DNA of 64,000 nucleotides. Source: Podarcis erhardii (Eukaryota). Positions within the stretch are counted from its first letter, which is position 1, and every line of letters begins with the position of its first letter. The position numbers and the translations under genes were made by a program. The notes under the pieces were generated by a model. It was given only the letters and a program-made list of their open reading frames with translations. It searched no databases and was not told where the DNA came from. Shown piece after piece: positions 25,901 to 36,943 of the stretch. The stretch lies in NCBI GenBank assembly GCA_964252035.1, contig OZ176201.1. One strand, 5' to 3'.

Positions 25901-26489
25901 ATGGGAAATTGCCCTCTTGATGATCAAATATTCTTCCTAATCCCCACACCCCAACATACCCTGCTGTAGGCCAGGTTTCCTCCTAAGAGGAGTGGGACAC
26001 AGCTCGGTAGTGGAGCACATGTTTTGCATGCTGAAGGATGCATGTTGAAGCGCAGGTCTCCAAGCGTTTACATGGTGGTTCACTCTTGTACACAATTCCT
26101 CTTTCCCTTCCTCTGCTCTAGAATGGATTGCGTTAAAAACAAACTAAGCATGCTCGCTACCTGTCATCATACAGCCGTGTGCCACTTCTCCAAGCCAGTG
26201 CACACAACATGGTGAGCCCAAGCTGTGGCTTAGAGAAAACATGTGTGCTCCCTGAGCAGTGCTTGTAACCCTTTGCTTCTCCCGGCTCCTTTCTACTGCT
26301 GTGTCACTCTAAGATAAGCCAAGGTTTGACTTAGCATGTCATCCAAGGTGAGACGTCGCTAGGTTCTTCCCTCACTACCCATGAGCATATGCCTAGGCTA
26401 ATGTACATAGGATTGCAGCTTGAATGTTCCTCATGCTACAAAACTCCCTTCAGACAACGCATTGGAGAGAGAAACAACCCTTATCCACA

Positions 26490-26640
26490 ATTAGAAGAGC
26501 ATACTGGATCAAACCAATGGCCCATCTAGTCCAGCAACCTGAATCTCACAGGTGCCAACTTGATGCTTGTGGGATCTGAGCACAAGAGCATTCTCCTGGG
26601 GTCTCCAGCAACTGGCATTTTGGAAGCATTGCTTCCTCTT
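26490..26640 (-). mobile_element. CR1-type 3' tail fragment
   Basis: GAAGAGCATACTGGATCAAACCAATGGCCCATCTAGTCCAGCA...TCCAGCAACTGGCATT, reverse complement of the 33022-type tail. Confidence 0.65.
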
Positions 26641-27143
26641 TTTTGCAATAAGGGAGTTTGTTACATCTCTTTTGTGACTTTGACCTTAGAATGCTGTGGA
26701 GGAGCCAATCAGTGAACACTCCCAGACATTGCAGAGCATGCAGTGATAGGATTCTCCCTTTCATTCTGAGGTGAAAGGCACAGAAGGGCTGTGCTGTGGG
26801 TTCCCCCACCCCTCAAAGGTACAGATTGAGTAGAATGCCTTTGAAGTTCTTCACTGCCCCTCTGGGCAGCAGGTAAATTATTACCTATAGTTCTGAACTC
26901 CTTTCCAGGCTCTGAACATTCTTTGCACATTCTTTGGCTCATGTGTAAGTATGATTCATTTCAGAGCTGTCAGCAGTTGACTTCATTATGTGGTGCTGTA
27001 ATTGTTACTAGCATTTTTAAAGATCTTACTCCATTATTTGGACTACGCAGATAAAATGTGCTGGAACCCATTACTTCCAATGAATTTATCAACATGGCAT
27101 AGGAGTAAAAGTTTGAGAGATGACACTTGATTCTTCCACTTTC

Positions 27144-27146
<3 letters not shown>

Positions 27147-27180
<34 letters not shown>
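27147..27180. repeat. T34 homopolymer
   Basis: Direct count. Confidence 0.9.
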
Positions 27181-27181
<1 letters not shown>

Positions 27182-30100
27182 GAAGATGAAATTCTTGTTG
27201 AATCAATGCTGATCACAGCTTAGCTTCTGTTTCGTGGATGCTCTGAGGAAATGCCACTCCCTGTTCTCATCTAATTACCTTTTCCCAAACCACTTCTCTA
27301 ATACCTCCATAATGAGTTATTGTTAAGAATGTGCACCCTTGCTTTGAACTCATCTATCTTGTTTTGTATGCATGTGTGCCTTTATCTCTTTATGTATATA
27401 CTGGCAAAGTCAGTCACCTCTCCTGAATTGTTTACATACAGTGGTATATATGAGCATAGCCATCCCTTGGAAAGTAATGGTATGTATTCCAGAATGTGGT
27501 GAAAAATGGGGGCATGCATTTTGAATAAATAGTTACCTCTTAAGTTATCACCTAATTTAAGTGTTTCCCTCTATATTTTCAGTTGAATGTTGAGGCTTCT
27601 TGGTTACTTGTTGCTGTACTGTAATGTACTGCAAGGTAAACATGGCGACCCCCATTGTTGGGATACTCTAACATGGCACCAATTTCAGACTCTCTTATGA
27701 TCTGGCTGTAGGGTCACACTGAGGTAATCAGAAAGCAATTAACCATCTTGGTGTCCTCCTGTGATAATCTGAAGGATCAATTACTTGATGTATTGTGAGC
27801 AGGGGCATGTAGTGTGCAAAGATTTGTTCGTTCCAAAGAAAACTGCTTTGGTTTGGTCTTCATATTGACAGCTTGCTTTGGTTAGGATCCCTAACCTCCC
27901 TCACTGCAGAGCCTCTGGTTCTTTAGGCACTCTCATTTATCAATTACTTCTCTAGCATGTCTTGTTTTGCTTGTATGTGTTAACAGAAGGTCTTTCAAGG
28001 CCTCTGTGGGAGCGTTGCTTGGAACATGAGCATTTTTGGCGTGGCATGGGGCATGGAATCCATCTTAGAAACAAACCTTTTGAATGGATTTGCCACTCTC
28101 TGGACCCCACAATATGTTCTGTGGTGATTCTGAATTGCAGGGGTGAAGTGGGGGAATCTATTTTGATATTTGACCTGGAACCTTGTGCAATTTAGTATCA
28201 GTACTTCTGCATTCTTCAAAATGCTTTCTTGCTTTACTGGAACCTAGAGAAGCTTTCACCTTGGGCAATTTTGAGGCGGAGGCATAGTGGTGGATTGCAG
28301 TTTCTTCATCTTCTCACCCCACCCCCCCGCACCCCGGGCAAAAGAAGAAAAGAAAAAAAAGAATGGGCAGTTTCTATTCCTTATTTGTATGCTGAACAGT
28401 AGCATATGCTCTACCACCAAAATATCATTTCATGAGCACAGTATCCTCTCATGTGCTAGGAGAGTAACAGGATAATAGCTGCCATTTCTCTCCAGGACTA
28501 AACCCTAAATGGTGTCCTCTTAATCAGCAGAACTTGATGTTTAGATTCACATGCATTGTTTGCAGTTCAGTGAATTATTTCTAAATATTATTTTTCACTC
28601 CTGCTCTTTTTTTCTTTTGGCCATTAGTCTTCCAAATTCTGCTGGGTGAATGCATTGCTTTGTACCACAGAGAGCTGTGCTTCAGGGTTTTGAATCTTTA
28701 AACTCTGAAAAGTGGTCCCTTACAAACAAAACAGCTTGGCTGCCACACTGTAGTCATGACTATGTTATCTAATGCTATGCACCTTTTCACCCAATAATCC
28801 TTTTAACCTGATAAATGCACACTTGTTGTAGAGGGTGTCTGAATGTACTCCAAGAACTGTCCTGAAATCATTCCCCCTGCTTAAAATGTAAATTGAAATT
28901 TTCAGGAGTATGTGTGGACTTCCTTTGAATTAATCAGATGAGATGATCTGAAAGGCAGCAGCTGCTGTTGGCCCAAACTCCGAAGGAGATCATCATTTCA
29001 TTCCTTTACTCTCAATGAAACACAGTGGCTGACTGCTGAACTTGACCGAACCCTTTTTTTCCAAATGGGAATGTAATTTACAGAAAGACAAGTGTTATGT
29101 TCAGAGCAATCAATTTGGCTGGGAATTTCCAGGTTTTAAAAAAGTCAGCTGCACCCCCAAAGGAATGCAGCATGTAAATGTGACCTATAAAACAATTCAC
29201 AAATCTGACCATTGATAAACAACCATCCGCCATTGCCTTGTGAACAACAAAGTAACACTTTATAAAGCTCAAAAAAGCAACATTCTGATAGCCACACATT
29301 AATCAAGACGTGCTATGTCACCTAGAACAACCAGACTCATGGCAATAGAAGGAAATGGTCATTTTAGACCCATGGTGATTAAAAACAAAACAGAACCATG
29401 AGGAGAGTGAAGCTACTATCACCACTGTTACTACATGCACAATGTTTGCAGGCATGGATCAGTAACCAATTGTGAGCCACAGTGTCATTGCGCATCATGT
29501 CCATAAAAGGAAAGGAGGCATCATACACTTGTCTAGATAATGCAGAGCCATTCCTTGCCACTCCACAATAATCCCTAAGCAAGGAGTAAGAGAGTGTGCT
29601 TGTATCTCTAAAAGGGAGAATGCAGCCAATTATCAACCAATAAAGATCTCTTGGGACCAGATTATGGTGTCTCCTCCCAGCAAATACTTGCAGATGGCTC
29701 TCATAACTAACAACCAAATTCCGAACTGAGCTAAAGATAGTGTTCCTAGAACAAGAGTGAGTGTGTGGGGCCATGGCCTAAAAAGACTAATGTGATTTTC
29801 GTTGGCATCAACAGAAGCAAAGGAAAGAATTCAACATTGCAGTCTTCCGATCGTTCCATCAGCCATCCATCTAGGGATGCTATAGCAGTGGCTTTTCTGC
29901 AGTGACAGGTGGTTGGACAACATGCCTCTTGAGATCCCTTCCACCTCTGATTCTCCGACAGCCTGTGATATGCAATCTTGATGAGGCAATGCAGTTCCAC
30001 GAGCCTGTGCCATTCTGTGATGTTTTATTTCTCCTTTGATACAGAGTGCTCCCTGGCTCTACCAGGACAAAGAATATTTACATACTTGTGGGGAGGAATC

Positions 30101-30222
30101 ACTAAGTAAGTCTAATTTGTGCACCCTGCAGTGCCTTGTTAATCCTGAACATTTTGCTTATTTACTTCTATTTTTATCCTTGTACACAGAAGGCTCTGTG
30201 CTTTCCATCTCTGGTACTTAGA

Positions 30223-30278
30223 ACACATGCACACACGTGTGTGTGTGTGTGTGCGTGCACGCGCGCACTCACACACAC
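30223..30278. repeat. Compound (CA)/(GT)/(GC) dinucleotide tract
   Basis: ACACATGCACACACGTGTGTGTGTGTGTGTGCGTGCACGCGCGCAC then TCACACACAC. Confidence 0.9.
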
Positions 30279-31135
30279 TGCTTTAGGTGCTCAGGATACC
30301 TAAAGTTATCAACATTACCTTGTAGCAACATAAGTAGGGAACAAGCATTCACTGTCCCAGTAAGTGCTGCTTCAGTGTGGTAGGTGCTCTTGCAACCATG
30401 GAAGAGATGCCCCTCTTGCTTTTACAGTCGTGTGCTGCTAGCAGCTAGTGTGCACACACACTGGTTTTTAGAAGATCAGTTCAGATTTAAATATTCATTC
30501 ATATGAAAGCTGACCGTATGTTGGACTACTTGCACTGTTTTCTTAAAATGGAACTGCTGTGGTTCATAATCCAGCTGGCTTTGGGCAGCTAATATTTCTG
30601 GCACACGGGCACTCACCTGCTGAGTTCTCAGTATGATTTTAGGTCTTTGAACATTACTGATTTCTTCTTTTAAAAAAATCCTTTGAAGGGAGTTTTGCTG
30701 TCTGAAGGGGAGGGAGAAAGGGAAGGTGCTTAATCTTCCAATCTGAATGTCAGCATTTTTCCTGGCTGGTTGTTCACAATAGGCATGAAGCAAAGAAAGG
30801 GCTTCTGTATAAATCACTCCTTTATTTTTAACAGTGGGGGAATACTATGGAGGCATTTTTTGGTGTCCGTCAGGCAAAACTCCTTTTTAAAACTAGCAAG
30901 AGAGGTTTTAAGTCATCCAAAATACCACTGGATAACCGGTTTAGTCACAATGGCCACTTTTTTCTTCTCTGCCCATTTAAAGCTCTTCAGGCAACTTGTG
31001 TCTCCACTTCACAACAAAATGTTCTAGAAGGTGCTATTTAGTAAAACATTTAATGGTGTCGCAAAACCCAAAAAACAATAGACATTTCCATGGTACTGGC
31101 ACAACTCATTTCCATACCCACCCGCTGATAAATTA

Positions 31136-31361
31136 CAGTGGTACCTCGGGTTAAGTACTTAATTCGTTCTGGAGGTCCGTGCTTAACCTGAAACTGTTCT
31201 TAACCTGAAGCACCACTTTAGCTAATGGGGCCCCCTGCTGTTGCCGCGCCGCCGGAGGACGATTTCTGTTCTCATCCTGAAGCAAAGTTCTTAATCTGAA
31301 GCACTATTTCTGGGTTAACAGAGTCTGTAACCTGAAGCGTCTGTAACCTGAGGTACCACTG
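31136..31361 (+). mobile_element. Tigger/pogo-like MITE, copy 3
   Basis: TA TSDs at 31134-31135 and 31362-31363; CAGTGGTACCTC TIRs. Confidence 0.88.
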
Positions 31362-33021
31362 TACTTTATTACCTGCTTTTTGCCCACCCGCTAATAAATT
31401 ACTCCTGGACTGATCCGTTTGGGAAGTGATACAGGACTATCCAAAGATTTCACCAGTTTATGTTTTTTCCCTTTCTCTTTCCTAGCTGTGCTTTAAGGTC
31501 AGGTGTTCTTTGTATTAGGCTGCCAGCACAGGACCAGTGAAGAGCTGCAAGGGTGATACTCTGGTCTTCTGCCCCTAATAAGCCTCTGAAGAACCTTTTC
31601 ATTATAATATTTTATATTTAAATAATCTCTGAATTATTTCAAACTAGAAACAAAACAAAAAACCCCACAACAAATCACTTAATAGTGAATACGCAGGTAT
31701 TGCACATTGTGTGTGTCTCTCCATGTTAACACCTGGGACTGGAGCCCGTATCGACCCTTTCTACATCAAAGGCCTGGGGTTCTGCCCCTCTCTCTTGACC
31801 ATATTTTCTTTTCCCTCCCACTCTGCATCCATGGTTTGTGAGCCCTGTTTGGAATGTGGCTTTATTGGATAATGTGCAAGAGGTCATTGATAAATGACCT
31901 AGCTTCTCTCACCATTCGCCTCTACCACTTTTATGTGTGCTTCTTGCGTTTTATATTTATTGCAGCTATCTCCCTCCAGCAATGCTATCTTCAAATCTCC
32001 CCTCTTCCCTTCATTAAGAAATAAAGATACTGTGCTGCTGGCTCTGGATTGGAACCAACAAAAGTTTAGCATTGACCCAAAAAAAATTGCTTGGAAGAAT
32101 TTTGCAGGTTGGAATGCTATGGGTGACTTGAATATGTGACCACTCTAAACTTAGTTATGTGAGTGGCTCAGATGCTTTTGTTTGTTTATGCTAGGTGTGG
32201 ATCCAAGCTATGGATGTCCCAAATGAGAAAATAGGTTCTAGAGAGGTTCCCCCCACCCCAACCAAAGATCACGTATGTGGCACATCCAGGGGATAAATTC
32301 TACCAGAGGGCAATCCAAGTGACCTCCCTATTCACCATCCTCCCTTTTCTCTTGTTTCATGATATCAGCCTTCCGCTGGGTGGTCATAAGAGCAGCATCA
32401 CTGTTGTCCTACAAGGCAGCAGAGTGTTCTAAATACAGGCTTGTTCCCCCCAGTCATTGTTTCGCTTCCTCTGAAATGAAAACAGCTAGGCTGGCTCTGG
32501 CTGGCTCAAAAGGTTCCTCTGGCTCCAGGCTGGCTTCCGGTGAACTGTGATTTTGCAAGTTCCTCTAGTAGCAGGCAGTGCTTCATCATCTCCTCTGCCT
32601 CGTTTGTTTTGCAGCAGGGGGTGGGGGTTCCCCTCTTTTTGATAGCGCTTGGGGTTTATTTCTCACCCCCTTCCGCCATCCATGTGGAATCCAGACCTTT
32701 ATGCTCTTCTGCACAGATGCCAAAATGCTGCTTTTAATAATGCTTTTAACTGTAATGCATTTATGTGTGTTTTCATTAATGTTGGCTTCTTCATGCACAC
32801 CTCCCCTAATAGGTACATTTCTGTACACCTTTTTTTAGGTGCAGAACTGCACTGCAGAATTCAAAGAGGTGTGCACTTTGAAGGATAGCTGCCTTTTGGT
32901 TTGCGTATTGTTTCCAGAAGTGTTAATTAAGTAGATTCATATTCAAAACCCAAACCAAACCAAATTTCTCCCTCATCCGTAATCCGTGTGTATGTGTAGG
33001 CTTAGCTGCAGCCTTGCCATT

Positions 33022-33307
33022 AGATGACCACCAACTTGGATGGCTTGAAAAGAGAGTTAGACAAATTCATGGAGAAGGCAGCTATCAATGACTAATAGCT
33101 GCAATGGCTCTGCTCTGCCTCCACAGTCAGAGAGGCAGGAATGCTTCTGAATACCAGTTGCTGGAAACTGCAAGAGGAGAGTGTTCTCCTGCGCTCATGT
33201 CCAGCTTGCAGGCTTCCCACAGACACCTGGTTGGACACTGCGAGAGCAGGATGCTGGACTAGATGGGCCAAAGGCCTGATCCAGCAAAGCTCTTAGTATG
33301 TTCTTAT
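33022..33307 (+). mobile_element. CR1 3' end fragment
   Basis: ACCAACTTGGATGGCTTGAAAAGAGAGTTAGACAAATTCATGGAG...GGATGCTGGACTAGATGGGCC...TATGTTCTTAT tail. Confidence 0.8.
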
Positions 33308-34156
33308 AAGGAAACAGACACATACTGTCTCTTTTTGTTCTGTCCAGTGCATAGGCTTCCTTTCCCACACACCTCAAGTGTGAGTCCAGAGCTGGAGGAA
33401 TTTGCTACGCTGCGGACGCCTTCCAAGAAGCTTAATTGAAAAGGAAGCTTCTAGTAGCTCTCCTCTAAAAACAAGCTGTGTAAACCACGGAAGGAAAGGC
33501 AGGGCTCTTGCAAGGGGCTTGCAGTTCCTCACAAATGAAACCTCTGTTAATAACAGTCGGCTCTTGAATTCTAGCAGCGGTCCTGAGACAAATGGGTGGT
33601 GCCTGCATTTCTCTTCAGCAGTTTGTGGTGAAATGCCCCACCCTCACAAGCAGACCTAATGCCCCGCCTCATAACTGTTTGCACCCACTATCTGATAATC
33701 ATCATCATCATCATTATCCATTGCTCTTGCAGCGAACTCATTCTCCAAGTGTGTAGATCCTTATGGATCCAAGACAGCACCACCCACACAGCGGAGGGGA
33801 GTATCAGCAGGCTCAGCTGGAAGGGGAATTCCATGTTTGGCAGATAAACACAAATCTTTGGGTGGGTGGAAAGGGAAATTAGGGGGCTTGTTTGCAGGGG
33901 ATGGATGGGGTGGAAAACTGGGAGGCAGGGAAAATGAAATGGAGTGTTGTTGTGTGGCTGGCTAGCTGGAATCCTGTACAGGAGCATTCCACATGACAAC
34001 ATTTTTTTGCAGGTATGAAGAACCTGGGGGTGGGGAGGCTTTCTTCTACTGGCAGTTTCCCTTTTTGTAAGGGTCCTCCCCCCTCCAAGAAAAAAAATAT
34101 GATTGACTGCTCAGACTGAGCCTGCTGACAAACCCTAGACCAGTCCAAGGCCCATA

Positions 34157-34398
34157 CAGTGGTACCTCGGGTTACATATGCTTCAGGTTACAGACGTTTC
34201 AGGTTACAGACTCTGCTAACCCAGAAATAGTACCTCGGGTTAGGAACTTTGCTTCAGGATGAGAACAGAAATCGTCCTCCGGCGGCACGGCAACAGCAGG
34301 GGGCCCCATTAGCTAAATTGGTGCTTCAGGTTAAGAACAATTTCAGGTTAAGCACGGACCTCCAGAACGAATTAAGTACTTAACCTGAGGTACCACTG
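34157..34398 (-). mobile_element. Tigger/pogo-like MITE, copy 4
   Basis: TA TSDs at 34155-34156 and 34399-34400; CAGTGGTACCTC TIRs. Confidence 0.88.
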
Positions 34399-35906
34399 TA
34401 TTATCTTCTGGGCTACCTTCTGAGGACCAAGGCCCAGGGGTGGGCAGGACCAGAAGCAAAAGTGGGCAGAGCGACAAACATAAAATGTTACCTTCATACA
34501 GAAAGGTAGTTTTTACACAGTCATCTATGCCTCCATCCAGATGAGCAAGAAGTATCTGAGTTCAAGGACACAATTCCGCCAGGCAAAAATATTTGGTGTT
34601 TGAAGCAGGGCTGGTGTGGTGTATGGCCTGAGGAGAGGGAGCCTGACCGTGGGAGAATACCAAGGGCCACATTTGGCCCCTGGTCCTGGGGTTCTCTACC
34701 CTTGCCCTAGACTGTCAAGCAGCTTGTGGGGTTTCTAAGTCGTATAGAGTAAAGTTCTTCTGTCCAGCCCAATTCTTGTGAGGATAAAGAAGAAAAGTTA
34801 GTTAATTTTTCTGTACCAGAGGGCTCCAAATTTTACTGAACCTTGTGGAATCTCCTTGGAAAGACAAGGGCTAGCTTAAGAACGATTAGGTCTTAGCACA
34901 TGAGGATTCCAGAAAGAACTTCCAGAGAGAGAACTTTTTAATCAATTAAACCAAATGTTAACGTATATGAAGAAAGTTTATTTGGAGGGTAAGGGGAAAG
35001 GAAGACTTCCGGTCGGCGCCAGCGTTTGATGGCGGTCCTAGCCTCGAGCTCCGAGGCAGGACTGCTCCGTAAGTTCGGGTCTTACCCGCTACGGCAAGCG
35101 GGGGACCCCTAAAATCACAGGCGCTGAAGCAAGGAGATTCGGTGGGCACCTTTGCGCCCCCCCGGCATCGTGAAAGAGCCTTTTTAAAGGCTCCGGAGCG
35201 GCATCGGGGTGAGCGCGGTGCTGAGGATCGCTACCCAGCTTACGGAGTGAAGCCGCGTCGCCATTAACGGAGAGCGCCGATTCCTTTCTGAAATCAACGA
35301 TTGGCAACAACAATACCCGTGAGTAAGATCGCAAAAGTAAAACGGGACTTAAAAATTTAGAAGATTTGGCTGAAAACGGGAAGGCAAAATTAAGGAAGTC
35401 AGCCTCCCGGAACTGCATGACTAACGGAGCAATGAAAAGACTAAGCTGTGTTTAAATGGACTTTCCTTTTAACTCTTATTAAACCAGACATCGAAAGGAT
35501 CTCCCCCCTGTTGTGCAGGAGAAGGGGGGGAGGAAACAGAATTAATTTAACCTGCAAAAGAAAGGGATAAGGAATAAAAAACCTCTGCTGCCGATACTTC
35601 TGGCCAGGCTGCCGGAGCAGCGATCGCCTGAAAAAAGGAACTGTCAAGTGAGCTGTCAAAGGACAGCGGCTACAAAATAAGACTTATTTTGAAACATACT
35701 CGGGACTTTGGTGGATTACAATTTTAACAGTAAAGTGCTACAAACTAAAGACTTTTAATGGGACTTTTGCCTTTGGACTTTCTGTTTCTTTGTTCTGGGT
35801 GCCTTTGGATGGTTACAATTTCCTCCTCTAGAGGGCTTTAGTTACATTACGGTGTATCCAGTGGGATTTTCCACTTGCAACTTTCCTGTGTGAATGACCT
35901 TGAGTT

Positions 35907-36938
35907 ATGAGCAACCCGTCAGAAGAGATTTCAACAAGAAGTAAAACAAAGCAGGCTCAAAAACAAGCTCAAAAAAGAGGCTCCTTATCAGGAGCAGCAG
36001 CTGCACAAGAAAAAATAACAGCAGCATCAATGGAGTCAATGACACAGGCCCTGCTTAAAATAAATCAGTCACTAGAAGTACTCACTAAGCAATCTGCAGA
36101 ACTTACCAAACAGTCTACAGAGAATTCTAAGAAACTGACGGAATTGACAACAAGACTAGACCTGAATACAACAACAATTTCATCTAATACAGATTCTATA
36201 AACCGTTTGGTTCAAGAATCTACGGAAACAAGGAGAATAGCTGAGAGTGCTAGGTCCACTGCTGAAGAAACCAAAGGAAAGTTTGCGCCTATTGTAAAAA
36301 AAGTACATGAACATGATTCAGCATTAGCCCTACTAGAACTGGAAAGGAAAAGTAAGAATCTGAAATTAAGACTGGTTCCAGAAGAGGAAGAGGACAAGCT
36401 TGGGGAATTCCTCACAGATAAATTTCAAGACTTCTGGAATGATGAGCTAGATGGAGAGGAAGATGAATTTATGATAACTTCAGCCTTTCGGATTGGCAGG
36501 AAGCAAGGGAAGAAGCCAAGAGATTGTTTAATTACCTTAGGATCAAAGGAACAAAGAGACAAAATATTGAACCTACACTTCCAGAAGGCCTTGGTCATTA
36601 AAAATTCTCAGATTCAAATCTTCAAGGATATTCCTAAATATTTTTTGGAGGTTAGATCTCAATTTAAAGAACTAGTTGATCTACTTAAGAAGAATAATAT
36701 CCCATTCAGGTGGGAATTTCCACAAGGGCTGTCCTTTAGCTACAAAGGGAAGAAAATTAAAATAAAAACAAACCAGGATAAAGAGATCTTTTTGGAAAGA
36801 AATCAAGAGGATCTTCAGAAAGGAACTGTCAGTGAGGAGGAAGTACCGGACATCTCAAATCTATCCTTTGGACTGAACCGAGCACCGACCGAGGAGGAAC
36901 AACAACTTGGTGCAGTCGGTGGAAGATCTACCCAGTAA
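35907..36938 (+). CDS. L1 ORF1p, 343 aa, element B
   Basis: Coiled coil, NLKLRLVPE, IFKD, FRWEFP motifs homologous to element A ORF1. Confidence 0.9.
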   Translation: MSNPSEEISTRSKTKQAQKQAQKRGSLSGAAAAQEKITAASMESMTQALLKINQSLEVLTKQSAELTKQSTENSKKLTELTTRLDLNTTTISSNTDSINRLVQESTETRRIAESARSTAEETKGKFAPIVKKVHEHDSALALLELERKSKNLKLRLVPEEEEDKLGEFLTDKFQDFWNDELDGEEDEFMITSAFRIGRKQGKKPRDCLITLGSKEQRDKILNLHFQKALVIKNSQIQIFKDIPKYFLEVRSQFKELVDLLKKNNIPFRWEFPQGLSFSYKGKKIKIKTNQDKEIFLERNQEDLQKGTVSEEEVPDISNLSFGLNRAPTEEEQQLGAVGGRSTQ

Positions 36939-36943
36939 CCAAA

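Noticed and set aside
27147-27180. T34 and T39 (44178-44216) runs as tails of retrocopies
   Set aside because: No adjacent polyadenylation signal, recognisable body or TSD found. Simple homopolymers whose length may be assembly-uncertain.
31136-31361. Regularly recurring TAACCTGAAG units suggesting a CRISPR-like array
   Set aside because: Units are short, irregularly spaced and enclosed by TIRs with TA TSDs: a eukaryotic MITE, with no cas genes.
31117-31402. Direct repeat CCCACCCGCT(G/A)ATAAATTAC on both sides of MITE copy 3 as a long TSD
   Set aside because: The second copy is about 18 nt away from the MITE end and the MITE has its own TA TSD; more likely a pre-existing short tandem duplication.
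17450-34990. Hidden gene, endogenous virus or NUMT in the non-L1 part of intron 1
   Set aside because: No ORF above about 165 aa with recognisable motifs, and no mitochondrial or viral signature seen by eye. Small ncRNAs cannot be excluded without a covariance-model search.
35379-35391. 13-nt match GGAAGGCAAAATT between the L1-B 5'UTR and the sequence after its poly(A) (40908-40920) as an alternative TSD
   Set aside because: It would leave a CpG-rich, L1-start-like 375 bp (35005-35378) unexplained. The 8-bp AAAGGAAG repeat sits exactly at the expected 5' end. Treated as probable coincidence, though the empty-site sequence is needed to be certain.
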